A stretch of DNA of 58,881 bases, counting the filler, from Squatina squatina (Eukaryota): assembly GCA_031763465.1 (NCBI GenBank). It is 3 parts of 3 records of this genome, joined end to end, with 100 filler letters (N's around TTAATTAATTAA, not from the genome) between each part and the next. Parts side by side here need not be neighbours in the genome. Positions count along the whole stretch, not along the records: positions 1 to 16,469 come from JARFOE010000168.1; 2 more parts are not named here. One strand, given 5' to 3'. Under the pieces are notes generated by a model that was not told the origin of the DNA, did not search any database, and saw nothing but the letters and a program-made list of their open reading frames with translations. Position numbers and translations under genes: made by a program. Positions 1 to 12,796 of the stretch are shown here, in pieces; the stretch's first letter is position 1; every line of letters begins with the position of its first letter.

Positions 1-1183
1 CAAATTTGGGGAGCTTCGCAACTCACGCCGTATCTCTTCAGCACCACAAGTCGGTGGGACTTTGCACACTAATAATGGCGTGTGTATTAAACGCACCACT
101 ATTTTCCCAACCAATTCTGGCCCATCGTCAAAATCAACACTTGTGTCAACTTTATTTGAAGTCGCATTTTGCTGAACTGCTCTGAAATTCTGTACACGCA
201 TGGAATTGACAACAGAAGAACTAACGCACTGAAGAATAAGCTGGGTAATGAGGCCGTTTTGCATGACTGCATCGCATACACAACCTACCCAAATGAACAA
301 GGCATTTCTTTCCCCAAAGGTAATTCCATGGTAGAAACAAACCCATTTGATCTTTTCATCATCAACAGACATAGTCTGATCATGAATTAATAAGACAAGC
401 AATTCATATTTTGAGACAAAGAGTAATAAAATGAAACCAAATGGGATTTTTTTTCTGATATGCAAAGTTGGGTTCATTTTAGGATTTTATCATTTTAACT
501 GACTAACAGTCCTTCAACTGGGACTGAGGTTTTTTAAATAATAACAGATGAGTAATAAGTTTTGTTATAATGAGATTTGACTGCAGTTATTTTGAATGAT
601 AAATTTAAATGAGGTAGGAGGAAATGGGCATAATTGTTCTTATAAATTCATTTAAACTATGTAGTCACAACAGAACTAATTTATGTATTAAGTATGTTAC
701 TTAAACTAAATTATTTGTTTGTTTATAATATCTTAAGCTCATATCTGTGCTGTTCTGTAAATATCCACAATAAAGTTTAAAAAGAAACTGAGTTTTTTAA
801 ATCTTTTTTGTAATAAAATATGTAACCAGTTTGAAGAATGTTGTCATTGTGGACCTCATAACCTTCACAAGTCTAACCAGACTCCCCTCTTAGCTCTGTG
901 TCTAAATGCAGTAGTTGGCATGGGATAGAGCCACACAGGCAGAAAGCTCAGGCCTGAGCTCAGTTAGCTAAACTCAGTCTCTGGGGTGGTAAGAGCTGGA
1001 AAGGGAACAAGAACAAAATCAGGCAGGGCTTCTACTTCTGTCTCTTGCCAGTGACCCCCTACTGGTAAGTTTTCAAGTGTGGANNNNNNNNNNNNNNNNN
1101 NNNNNNNNNNNNNNNNNNNNNNNNNNNNNNNNNNNNNNNNNNNNNNNNNNNNNNNNNNNNNNNNNNNNNNNNNNNNNNNNNNN

Positions 1184-1858
1184 AAGGACCAGCGCAACCT
1201 GCAGAAGCTTCTGGAATACGAGGACCGTTTGTTCGGCGACATCCTGCAGTGGGACTTCGCCGACACCTTCTTCAACCTGACGCTCAAGGAGGTGACCTTC
1301 CTGCGCAGGTTCGGCGTCTACTGCCGCCACACCCGCTTCATCTTCAAGGGCGACGACGACGTGTTCGTCAACACGGACAACGTGCTCGAGTTCCTGGCCT
1401 CGCAGGCCGAGGGCCCGCGGCGCGACGACCTCTTCGTCGGCGACATCATCTCCCACGCGCTGCCCATCCGCAACCACCAGAGCAAGTACTTCATCCCGCG
1501 GCAGCTGCACGACCAGCCCTACCCGCCGTACGCCGGCGGCGGCGGCTTCCTGATGGCCGGCCCGCTGGCCCGCCGGCTGGTCGCCGCCTCCGAGGCCGTG
1601 CAGCTCTACCCCATCGACGACGTCTACCTGGGCATGTGCCTGCAGAAGCTGGGCGTCGAGCCGCAGCTGCACTACGCCTTCCGCACCTTCGGCATCGTCA
1701 AGGGCCGGGCGAGCCGCATGAACACCGACCCGTGCTTCTACAAGAACTTGCTGGTCATCCACAAGCTCAGCCCCAAGGGCTTGCTGCAGATGTGGGACAC
1801 CGTCCACAACGCGACGCTAACTTGTGCCAAGAAATTTTTTATCCATTTAAACCAGTGA
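1184..1858 (+). CDS. Beta-1,3-N-acetylglucosaminyltransferase, B3GNT7-like (GT31 family); 5' part lost in a gap
   Basis: Translation carries GT31/B3GNT motifs [18 protein letters not shown], [12 protein letters not shown] (DxD), [12 protein letters not shown] and [13 protein letters not shown]. The C-terminal [19 protein letters not shown] resembles B3GNT7. Stop TGA at 1856-1858. Orthologue versus paralogue is unresolved, so no symbol is given. Confidence 0.93.
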   Translation, partial: KDQRNLQKLLEYEDRLFGDILQWDFADTFFNLTLKEVTFLRRFGVYCRHTRFIFKGDDDVFVNTDNVLEFLASQAEGPRRDDLFVGDIISHALPIRNHQSKYFIPRQLHDQPYPPYAGGGGFLMAGPLARRLVAASEAVQLYPIDDVYLGMCLQKLGVEPQLHYAFRTFGIVKGRASRMNTDPCFYKNLLVIHKLSPKGLLQMWDTVHNATLTCAKKFFIHLNQ

Positions 1859-4800
1859 CCCCGTTACCATGGGAGAAATCCTCCCTGTACAATGAGACAT
1901 GTAGGTATTTCTTGATACCGTGAATTGGGAACGAGTCTTTGAGCCGGTAAAATCAGCTTGGTGTAATGCTGAGACCTGACCTATTCCGAACGGCTCGAAT
2001 ATTAAGCTTTCGCTGGATAAGCTGAGCTAAGGTACTTTTTATAGAGTAGATTTAAAAACTGCTGTACTTTAACACAAAAACGACAGTGTTTAATCTCTAT
2101 ATATAAAGTTGCACTCTTTTTTTGTCTTCAGGTGCTTCAACTAAGGGATAACTGTCTTTAATTCCCTTTTTCACTGGTGTTGAATATAGGAAAGGTATTT
2201 TTCACTAAATGGATCCACAAGTAATTTGGGGTTCAAATACCATATCAAGAGTTGGGATAGTANNNNNNNNNNNNNNNNNNNNNNNNNNNNNNNNNNNNNN
2301 NNNNNNNNNNNNNNNNNNNNNNNNNNNNNNNNNNNNNNNNNNNNNNNNNNNNNNNNNNNNNNNNNNNNNNNNNNNNNNNNNNNNNNNNNNNNNNNNNNNN
2401 NNNNNNNNNNNNNNNNNNNNNNNNNNNNNNNNNNNNNNNNNNNNNNNNNNNNNNNNNNNNNNNNNNNNNNNNNNNNNNNNNNNNNNNNNNNNNNNNNNNN
2501 NNNNNNNNNNNNNNNNNNNNNNNNNNNNNNNNNNNNNNNNNNNNNNNNNNNNNNNNNNNNNNNNNNNNNNNNNNNNNNNNNNNNNNNNNNNNNNNNNNNN
2601 NNNNNNNNNNNNCACCACAAAGCAAATTTTACAATCCAACTTTATACATCTGCTCATTAAATATGACATCAAGAAATCAACTCATCACCCTTATGCGTTC
2701 CCTTCGTGATGCTCTTGCATATGCCTTTGCTTCTCCTACCGATGTCATGCAGTGCTACCCCAGTGACTGCAACATGGTTGGTGGAAGGCTGCTGACTTTG
2801 AATGGTGGAAACTTTAGATGACCTTACAGGATGACTTCAAGCAGTTCTGGGCTTAGAAATCCCGACTTTAGACTGCACCTCTGCAGGAAGTGTGGTGCAA
2901 CAGAACCTCTGGCTGCAAGTCTGCTCCAAGCCTGATTGCATCCCTGTGCATGGGATGACTGATGCCAGTGCCATCTCTGGGGCATCTAACCCTGGTAGAG
3001 GAAGCCAGGAATTCCAGAACCACACCTTACTGCTTTATTTCAGAGCTGGCTGTTTCAGCCAAAGGAGATTGGTGCAGCAATCCATTGCAGTTAAGAAGCT
3101 GGCATTTGTTGCTGTTATGGGCTTTACTTTCAGTAGGCATACTTAGCATTGGGAGCACCGGTGATGGGACTGCCAAGATTTTCTGATGGATGAAGCCATA
3201 AGAAGTGGAACTGGACAGGTGACTTCTGCAAGAAGTGACACTCTCTTAACTTCTGGCAGAGTGTAGTGCCGATTTTTAAAATAAATGGTGAGGACCTGGC
3301 AGTACTGGGCTCGGTCTTGATTGTCCTGCTGATGTACAACCCTAACCGGCCCAGGAATTTCAGGCCTACAAATCGATTTTGGCCATTGTTTGATGGAATA
3401 ATAGGAAAAATGAAGTCTATTAATTTGTTAAGACTACCCTAGTTTCTGAACTATCTGCCAGCAAATCAAAATCCTATTTTAATGTTCAAACTTTGGAAAC
3501 CAGCCTTTATCTTTAATTCTAAGTAGTAATCATTGGCAATGTACAAAATATCCTTCCAGATATTAATATATTCTATTAAAAGTTAATATGTGAAGTACTC
3601 GAGGGGTTAACATTGTATAAAACGTCCCTCTCGCCTGATTAGTCAGGGTCAGCAATTTCTGCCTAACTTGCTTCAGATGCTGCTTGGTGGTCGTGATGAA
3701 GGAGCCGTGGAATTGCTGAGGTGTACGGTATTTAATATTGCTACCTCCCTCCCTCTTGCCACTCTCTCTCTTGTCTCCATCCCCACAAGTAAAACTATGC
3801 CTTTTGTGAAGTATCCATGTTGAGGCAAGTGAGCTGGAATGTCAGTGATGGGATTTAACCCCATGACCTCCAGCCTAAGATTCAAGCACGGCCTGAATGA
3901 CTGATCCTTTCAAAATGGCAACTAACATGGGGGAGAAGGTGGGAAGGAATATGCAACAGCGGCCAGTGTATTTTCTATAGAAAAATGTTCCCTACCTATA
4001 CATGTATAATTTAAAGAATAAGAAGTATTAATATTTAAAACCAATTGTGTCTTATGAAATCCAGATTGTTTTTGATGAAAATTTGAAAATAACATGCAAT
4101 ATGGAATTTTTGTTTTGGTGGAGGTTAACTTTGATATTAGAAATAGTTTGACAACTTTGCCAAAATGATCAATTGAACATGTACATTGAAATATAACTAA
4201 TAAAGAGTCTAAAAATGATTTACTTTACATTGTAAGCTGCATTTCTGTGTGTATGTGTGTTGCACATGAACGATTTTTCAGGCCTTTTTATATATTGATC
4301 TTGTGAAATGATTAAATACCAGGAAGCAACAGTTGGTATAATACTGTGCAAATATGACTAATAATATGGATGTTTTATATCGGTGTGGGCCATTTATTCT
4401 TATCAATTATACAATTATTTGTTCACTGGACTGAACTTTGCCTCTTGGCTTCTATGTGGTCATTTTGTGCAGTATTTAATGTCCCTTAGTGATTTTTTTG
4501 AAATGTAAAAATTGGAACAGGCGTACTTTGATTTGCCATCTGGTGTGGTAAGAGCCCTACAATAGAGTTTTAGGTTCAATCTCTGGTCAGAGTTGGCTAT
4601 CTTTGGTCAGGGACGTNNNNNNNNNNNNNNNNNNNNNNNNNNNNNNNNNNNNNNNNNNNNNNNNNNNNNNNNNNNNNNNNNNNNNNNNNNNNNNNNNNNN
4701 NNNNNNNNNNNNNNNNAGAGACTGGGCATTTCCCTTCTTCAATAACTCAATGATGTCTCTTGAGAAGAACTGATAGTATGTATGAAATCATTATACTGGC

Positions 4801-5329
4801 CTAGACCCTTCCTGGTCTGCACAAAGTTGGGTTATTGGCGCAGGCTTGTGAAGACCAACATTTCCAGCCTGGTGCACTTTAGGGAGGATAAACAGACTTG
4901 ATGCAGAGAAAAAGAGGACAAGACAAGTCAGGTTGTTTCCAAAGGAATCTGGACCAAGGAATGGGTAAATGTAAAGGTTATGAACATTGGAACAGGAAGT
5001 ATGAAATATTTGTGTGATAAGAGGTGCGTCCATTAGCAAAGGTAGAAAAAAATTTGGCAACCATTAACTGAAAGTATCCAGCCAAAGTGTAGCTAATACC
5101 AATCATGTTAATAAATATTGGGATGATCTTGGGGCACCTGATTTATGACCTTGTAGTGAGGCCATACTTGAATATTGTATATAGTTTGGGCATCGTTCCT
5201 TCAAAAGGTTGTTAATGATTGGATAGGGTCAAGAGAATAAGGAAAACCCCAATTTCTAGAGATCTGAGTTCTCTGCAAAGACTGAAGGAATATTGAGAGA
5301 GAGTATTTGAAAGAGCATTTTTTTTAACT

Positions 5330-5790
5330 ATTTGCTCTCAGGATCTGAGCAATGGTGGCAAGGCTGCATTTATTACACATCCTTAGTTGCTCTGAAAAGG
5401 TGGTTAATGGGCTGCCTTATTACATCACTAAGTTCTGATGCTCCCATGATGGCATTAGCTAGGCTATTCCAAGGTTTTTACCCAGCAAGTACAAAGGAAC
5501 GGCGATATATTGCCAAGTCAGGATGGTGTGTGACTTGGAAAGGAATTTGGAGGTGATGGTGTTCCTATGACATTGCTGCCCTTGTTTTTCTCAGTGGTCG
5601 ATGTCCTGAAGCTGGGAGGTGTCACCAAATTAAGTTTGATTGGTTGCTGCAGTGCATCCTGTACATACTGCAGCTGCAGTGAGCCAGTGGTGGAGAGGGG
5701 TGATATTGAGCCCACTGGCAGGTGTGCCAATCAAGTGGACTGCTCTATCCTGGATGGCTTTGTATTATGTTGTGCAGAGTACAGCTTTTA
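5330..5790. mobile_element. Interspersed repeat, probably LINE-derived; related copies at about 20935-21180 and 21915-22000
   Basis: Shared text aaggaayggcgatatatt.ccaagtc.gg...gtgacttg...ggtgatggtgttcc and aaggc..catttatt. Clade not established. Confidence 0.6.
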
Positions 5791-5934
5791 TGTGTTCTTA
5801 TTTACCTTTTATTCTGTTTTAATAGCACTTTTTTTTATTCTCAAAAATATTTTATTCCCTACAGCATAGTGGGCCTGGGGAATAGATGTCAATATAAAGT
5901 AATCCATGCAGTGCTGACTAACCTTCTTATCCCC

Positions 5935-6248
5935 ACAGTTAGGAGATCATGAGTTCAAGCCCCACTCCAGAGACTTGAGCTTAAAAATCTAGGTTGACAC
6001 TCCATGTCCGGTACTGAAGTTATGAGACGTTAAACCGAGGCCCTATGAACCCCCTCCGGTGAATGTAAAAGATCCCATAACAGTATTTTGAGGAACAGCC
6101 GGGAAGTTTTCTCTGGTGTCCTTGCCAATATTCATCTATTAGCCAACATCACTAAAACAGATTATCAAGTCATTATCTCGCTGCTTTTTGTGAGAGCTTG
6201 CTGTTCATAAATTGGCTGCCACATTCCCTAAATTACGTCAGTGACTAC
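5935..6248 (+). mobile_element. tRNA-derived DeuSINE (SacSINE1-like), decayed
   Basis: B-box-like GAGTTCAAGCC, then the Deu-like core tgagacgttaaaccgaggccc...taaaagatccca; shared with about 10 other copies here. Confidence 0.8.
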
Positions 6249-7202
6249 NNNNNNNNNNNNNNNNNNNNNNNNNNNNNNNNNNNNNNNNNNNNNNNNNNNN
6301 NNNNNNNNNNNNNNNNNNNNNNNNNNNNNNNNNNNNNNNNNNNNNNNNTGCAATTGATCATATACTTTACAATCTCCAATCCCTGTGCGGAAAAAAAAAC
6401 TGAGCTTTCACACTGAGACGCTACCAAGTTGAAACACCGACAAATACTGAAAATTGGCCTGTAGGAATACTGAAGTCAATTTTTTCTAACTGTTGCCCTG
6501 ACTAATTTCTCAGTCATGTAGCCTGACACTTGACAATCTAGGCTAAAACTTGAAAAGCAGTCACTTGAGTGAGCTATCAGTCCTGTGTAATCGCTACCAA
6601 GCATGAATCAGCAGTATCAAGTGAAAGAGGAGGAAATAAAAAGACCCAAAACAGCAGATTTCAGGTAGAGCAAGAAAATAGTGCAGCTTTACTAATTACA
6701 AAAGGCAAACTAAGGAGATTATGTTACATGAAACCTTGTATTGTGCTATTGCATTATAATTCTGTCCTACCATTCTTTCTTAAATAATAGTGCACACAAT
6801 TTGTATTTTTAATCACTCCAATGACTTCCTGACAGAAAGACTTCCCTGGACTGCGAGAAGGGCGAGACCATAGCATTGATCAGGCATTTCTGTAGAAATG
6901 ATTCAGGAATCCACCTGCATTCCCTTGCAGAATGTAGTACAAAAACAGACTGGGAACATACAGCTAGTCTGCCAACATCTGGTAGAGGAAAGATTTGTGC
7001 TTTAGGTGAAGACTTCAAAACAGAACAGATCCCTAAGTTTTAATAAAGTGTCCACCTACCACAGTAGCCTGTCTTTTTTTCAGAAATTGATGGACCTGCA
7101 CNNNNNNNNNNNNNNNNNNNNNNNNNNNNNNNNNNNNNNNNNNNNNNNNNNNNNNNNNNNNNNNNNNNNNNNNNNNNNNNNNNNNNNNNNNNNNNNNNNN
7201 NA

Positions 7203-7512
7203 ATGTGATGATGACCAGATAATCTGTTTTTGTTCTGTTGATTGAGGGATAAATATTGGCCAGGACACCAGGGATGACTCCCCTGCTCTTCATCAAAATA
7301 GTGCCATGGAATCTTTTACGTCCACCTGAGAGAGCAGACAGGGCCTCGGTTTAACATCTCACCCGAAAGATGGCACCTCCAACATTGCAGCACTCTCTCA
7401 GCACTGCACTGAAGTGTCAGCCTAGATTTAGGTGCTCAAGTTTCTGGAGGGCGACTTGAACCCACAATCTTCTGACTCGGGCGAGTGTACTACCCACTGA
7501 GCCACAGCTGAC
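7203..7512 (-). mobile_element. DeuSINE copy
   Basis: Reverse complement gives the head gtggctcagtgggtag...gggttcaagtc and the Deu core. Confidence 0.85.
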
Positions 7513-7729
7513 ACCGACATGATCGATGCCCATTTCTCCCACACCAATCCTTGATCAATTTAACTGNNNNNNNNNNGCCTCTGGATTACTAGTGCAGTAA
7601 CATACCCACTATGCTACCTTACCTCCCTCGTGTAAGCATACACATTTTGCTCCAATGCATGTGGTTAAATCGATGAAAAGGTTAAAACTTGGCTATTAAG
7701 GTGGCTTTGATTTATATAAAATATTTTAC

Positions 7730-7820
7730 CTTGTTGGAGTTGCTGGGTCCTCTGTAATGTCTGCAGCCTGCGGGGGTTCATTTTACAGCCGTCTCTTCCC
7801 ATGAGATGCACTTTCCAGGC
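7730..7820 (-). CDS. CEP104: CEP104 near-terminal coding exon (AWKVHLMGRDGCKMNPRRLQTLQRTQQLQQ)
   Basis: Bounded by TAG acceptor and GTAAAA donor; 91 nt, phase 0 to 1. Resembles the remembered CEP104 segment AWKAHLMGxxGCxMN at the end of the zinc-finger array. Confidence 0.85.
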
Positions 7821-8267
7821 CTANNNNNNNNNNNNNNNNNNNNNNNNNNNNNNNNNNNNNNNNNNNNNNNNNNNNNNNNNNNNNNNNNNNNNNNNNNNNN
7901 NNNNNNNNNNNNNNNNNNNNNNNCTTTCCTTGAAAGGTATCAGATTGAATAATACACATTTGGATCAGCAAAAACAACTAGCATTTCTGTTTCTGCCTAA
8001 AATAAATGGAGCACTTAAGACGCTAAAACCGGCAACTTGGAAATTGATATTAACATAACTAGATAATGGCTATTGCTTTTTGGCCGATATAAGCGACTGC
8101 CCGTTTTAAACGTGGATATTTTAAGTGGTGCTGACGGTACTAGTGTCATCAAGGTTAGTTTAAAAGAAAAACAAATGCACTATAAGTTGATTTCTAAATA
8201 CTTTGAAGGAATAAATTTGATCTTGCTAAACTAAATTGGATTAGGTTACAACATTTTTTTGGCTTAC

Positions 8268-8406
8268 CATTGCAGCTCTTCATTTTGAGATGTTCCTGCA
8301 GGTCCTCTCTTGTTACTGCCTCAGCACAACGTTGACATTTGCCAAAGCTGTCTTTCTTGTCACACTCGGTCAGTCTGTGCTCTGTAAGGCTGGCTATTTC
8401 TACCAC
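8268..8406 (-). CDS. CEP104: CEP104 zinc-finger exon (VVEIASLTEHRLTECDKKDSFGKCQRCAEAVTREDLQEHLKMKSCN)
   Basis: CAG acceptor and GTAAGC donor; 139 nt. Matches the CEP104 C2HC finger pattern VVEIxSLTEHxLTECDKKDxFGKCxRCxEAV. Confidence 0.93.
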
Positions 8407-8727
8407 CTGGATAGGAAAAAAACCCCAAATAACTCCTGAATCTCAGCAACTCAGTTTGCTAGTCACGCTAATACAGAGTGCAGTATGGATATGGAAGTCA
8501 TGTTGAGGAATAAAAGGCTCCATGCCACCTCAGTGCCATGTGAAAACAGGTAATATTTATGGTATTCACAGTTTTTCTATTACTGATGTGAGGCTAACTG
8601 ACTGTCTATAATCACCTGACTTTTCCNNNNNNNNNNNNNNNNNNNNNNNNNNNNNNNNNNNNNNNNNNNNNNNNNNNNNNNNNNNNNNNNNNNNNNNNNN
8701 NNNNNNNNNNNNNNNNNNNNNNNNNNA

Positions 8728-8832
8728 CTGGAGTGTCAGCCTAGATTTTTGTGCTCAAGTCTCTGGAGTGGGACTTGAACCTACAACCTTCGAACTCAAA
8801 GGTGAGGGTGCTACCAACTGAGCAACAGCTGA
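8728..8832 (-). mobile_element. DeuSINE head fragment
   Basis: ctagatttttgtgctcaagtctctggagtgggacttgaac is shared with the other copies. Confidence 0.8.
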
Positions 8833-10337
8833 TAAATGATACCTCCAAAAAAAACTTCGGAAATACTTGTAGTGAGGATGGAAAATGCTGGAAAATACAC
8901 AGCACATCCACCAGTATCTGCAAAGAGACAAAACAGGTTTTAGGCATTTAGCCTTCATCAGCAACAGGCATTTTAGTAAGGTTGAAATAAAAATCAAAAG
9001 AAAAAGGGGAGGGGAGAATCAATGGAGGCACCAATTAAAGAGAGAGAGGTAATGTGTTAATGACCTCCAAACTGTTCAATAAAAAATTGTTGGATGATAC
9101 ACAGACATAAAAATGACAAAAGAATGCACAAATAGTGGGGCATGAAAGGACACAGGAGAGGTCCATACAAACGGAAGCATGAAAAAGTAAGGAAAGAGGG
9201 GGAGGGAGAAAAAAGGAAAAAAACTTTGTAAACTAAAAGTAGATATGTTGGTTTTAAATTTTGTGAAACAGTAATCATTAACTTTATGCAAATTTATACA
9301 ATTGAGTTTCACATTTTTTAATTTCTATTCAGCCAGCATGACCTACCTAGAATGTTGAGCTATCCTCTGTTCTCTTATAGAACTTGAATGTCATAGTTAG
9401 CCAGGAATACTCTACTGGAAAATGAACTTACTGTGAATTCATAGTTGAGTAACTTTTCACGAATTATAACTTGTTATTTTTCAGGAACAGTTAGATATCC
9501 AGAAGAAAATATCAGTGGATCTCACTCAGGATATAATTCAGCTGCAGCAGCTACTAAAAACTCTGATTCATCAGCTCTCAAAAGGAAGGGAAAATTCTCA
9601 AAATGTTATTTTCCAGCTTGAACAAAAGGTACAAAATAAATGTTGAATTCCTTCCACATTCTGACTTGGTTTCAAAGTGTCTTGACTTGATGTATACCTT
9701 TCACAGCAATTATCTTTAGCTTTTTGACATACTAAAGAGGAGCCAAAATACACTGGGACACCACTATAGCGCGGAACTCGCATTAAATCGGCACTTTAAA
9801 AGGACCCCGCTNNNNNNNNNNNNNNNNNNNNNNNNNNNNNNNNNNNNNNNNNNNNNNNNNNNNNNNNNNNNNNNNNNNNNNNNNNNNNNNNNNNNNNNNN
9901 NNNNNNNNNNNTGCATGTGTTAAATTTCTCACTGCCTTGCAACAATCTCATTTTTCCCCCTTTAATGCAACATTACTTTTGCTCCTTTCACAAAAAGTGA
10001 GACATTTAAAATTAACTTTTTTTTAAAACTCCATTTGTACTATTTTCAACTCGATTTCAATAAATTGTGACCATTCCCTTTATGAATGTCACAGTGCATT
10101 TTTCTGCTACATTAAATAAAACATTTTAGCCTTTGCAAGAATTTTTCTTTTTCATAGCTTAATAACCAAAAGAAATGCACCGAACCACAAGAGACCAGGT
10201 TTGTTATGAGAAATTATCCATAGAAGTTTCCTTCCTTGAAAGCTAGATGATTCTTGTGTACTGGAGATTATTTATGGGGAGAAGATAAAATAAAACATCA
10301 GTGCAAGGAAGTACAGTACCACCACTGTAGAACTTAC

Positions 10338-10544
10338 ACGCTGCTCAGCTTCTGTTGGCCTCCCATCTATTTTTGCAAACCCATCAAAGAGCGATTTGTA
10401 TAGCACATTCCTGCGCGTATTTGCATCATCGGGTGGAAGGTAATGCAAAATGGCACTCCTGTCTTGTCGATACATGTCAAGGACAATCCGTACAGCTGTA
10501 TCTCTGACCTCTGATGCAGTATGTTCCAAAGCTTCTGCTGCAAA
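10338..10544 (-). CDS. CEP104: CEP104 TOG-domain exon (FAAEALEHTASEVRDTAVRIVLDMYRQD...GRPTEAEQR)
   Basis: 207 nt, phase 0/0, GTAAGT donor, AAG acceptor. LPPDDANTRRNVLYKSLFDGFAKIDGR matches CEP104. Confidence 0.93.
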
Positions 10545-10887
10545 CTTAGAAAAATTAAAAAAGATTATCTAAGTACTGGATTTCTCATATTTTAAAAAAT
10601 ACACACACACACATACACACACAAAATGCAACCCAATACACCAGTCCCAAAGTAAGAGCTTTAAAAAAACGAGATCTCTTTCCTTCATCTCTTTTAGGTC
10701 AGCTAACACCCAAATGAATTGGACAGGCTGGTGAACTAAAGCTCCCCACAGGGAGCTCTTACACATATTTTTGTCAGTTACAGGGCGNNNNNNNNNNNNN
10801 NNNNNNNNNNNNNNNNNNNNNNNNNNNNNNNNNNNNNNNNNNNNNNNNNNNNNNNNNNNNNNNNNNNNNNNNNNNNNNNNNNNNNNN

Positions 10888-11042
10888 ACAATTCTGGTTG
10901 CCATATTATAAAAAGAAGATAGAGGCACTGGAGAAGGTACAAAAAAGAATTACAAGCATGATACCAGAAATGTGAGAGTATACCTATCAGGAAAGGATGA
11001 ACAGCCTGGGACTCTTGAAAAGACAAGGCTGAGGGGTGACTT
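10888..11042 (+). mobile_element. CR1 LINE fragment (RT C-terminal region)
   Basis: caattctgg...ccatattata...gatagaggcactggagaaggtaca...aggctgaggggtgac. Confidence 0.7.
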
Positions 11043-12424
11043 CTCCCAGTCTTTTCCCTCCCCCACATCACTCACAGTAAGAATTCATTTGGCAGCCAAG
11101 GAACACTGGTGTGACTCATGAACATGCTCAATGTAATGTAAATACAGACATAACATTAATATATGATGAATGCACACTTGACTCGCTTTCTGACCGAATT
11201 ATCTTCCTGTCATTTAAGCACATCTGGATCAGGCACGGGGACTATTAATCTCAACTTAGCGGATTCAAACTCTTACTAGTTAAAGAGTAAAGTCAATTTG
11301 GAATTCAATTGCAGGGCAGCTCACAATTTAAACTTTCTCGTGTATGACTATTGAGTAGAAAATGAAGGTGGAAAATATAAATTGAAGAAAGTCAGTCTCG
11401 GAAAGACATTTCACTATTCTGAGGTAATGATCAGTGCGGCTGCATAACAAGTACAGCCCTCAAGCTGCTCAAGCAGCCAGTAAAATCAAACCAGACTGTT
11501 GGTTTTATTGCGAAGCTTGATCTGAATGCAGACATTAAATCAGTTGCCAATGACTTCAGAATGAATCTCCCAGGAACGCAGTTTAACAGTAAATAGATGG
11601 AATGATTGTTCCCTTGTAAACTCATCTGTGAAATGCAGGGGAGCTCAAAAACGTTGATGCAATCATTCAGTACTCCATGTTGCCAGCAGACAACAAGATG
11701 AACATTGTCAGCAGCTCTCGTGTTTTTATAATGAGCACAGGATTAAAAAATTACATTTGTTTCTCCTCTGGAAGCTCAACTGAATTATCATAAGTAGTAA
11801 TGCTGTGAAATACTTAACAAGTTACAAACAAATAAGCGATATAGTGAGGTCGAGAACCATCTTCAGCGATGAGTCAAACCTGGATCTGCTGGGTTTTGAC
11901 CACATTTACAAAGAGGAACGAAATCCCAATTTCTTTTTGAGCGGGGTAGGGGGTGGGAGAGCAATAGTTTCAGGCTGTTTGAGGCATGTTCTTGGGTTAT
12001 CCCAGGAATCCTGACAGATAAGCTCTGATAAGCCCAGTAGTACTTACTTCNNNNNNNNNNNNNNNNNNNNNNNNNNNNNNNNNNNNNNNNNNNNNNNNNN
12101 NNNNNNNNNNNNNNNNNNNNNNNNNNNNNNNNNNNNNNNNNNNNNNNNNNAAGGATTTTTTTCTCTGATCTGGAGTCTTCTGTGAACTATTTTCTGAACC
12201 TCACAATGGCTTTTAACATATTTTAATGCACCACTTAAATTAATCTGTTGAGATCGAAGGCAGCTAACAGTTCAAATTATGCTTAAAGCATATCACGAGG
12301 AGGCAGGAGAGAACTTTCAAGTTTAACTATCCCTCTTAGTCCAGATTCAATTCCTGGTGTGTGCTTAGTTAGCTAGAGCAGCATATATTCCATACCATTG
12401 ATTTCTGTGCCCAGGAGAGAGCAG

Positions 12425-12796
12425 AAGACTTGCATTTATATAGCACTTTTTACGACTTCAGGGCGTTCCAAAGCGCAAAGTAGGAAATGGATCAGCTAAT
12501 TGGCACACAACAATGTCCCACAAACAGCAATGTGATAGTGACCAGATAATATGTTTAATGTTGGCAAAGGGATAAATATTGGCCACGACACCAGGGAGAA
12601 CTCCCATGTTCTTCTTAAAAAATGGGATCTATAGGATCTTTTACATCCACCTGGAGGTAGCAGACAGAGACTTGGTTTAATGGCTCATCAGAAAAATGGC
12701 ACCTCCGACAGTGCAACACTCCCTCAGTACAGCACTGCAGTGTCAGCCTGGATTATGTGCTCAAGTGCCGAGAGTGGGACTTGAACTCACAACCTT
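12425..12796 (-). mobile_element. DeuSINE, near full length
   Basis: Runs from the tail gacttgcatttatatagc through the Deu core to the B-box region. Confidence 0.85.

Noticed and set aside
1073-1923. Long antisense (244 aa) and alternate-frame (224 aa) ORFs over the B3GNT gene
   Set aside because: Expected shadows of very high GC3 coding sequence; no recognisable domains.
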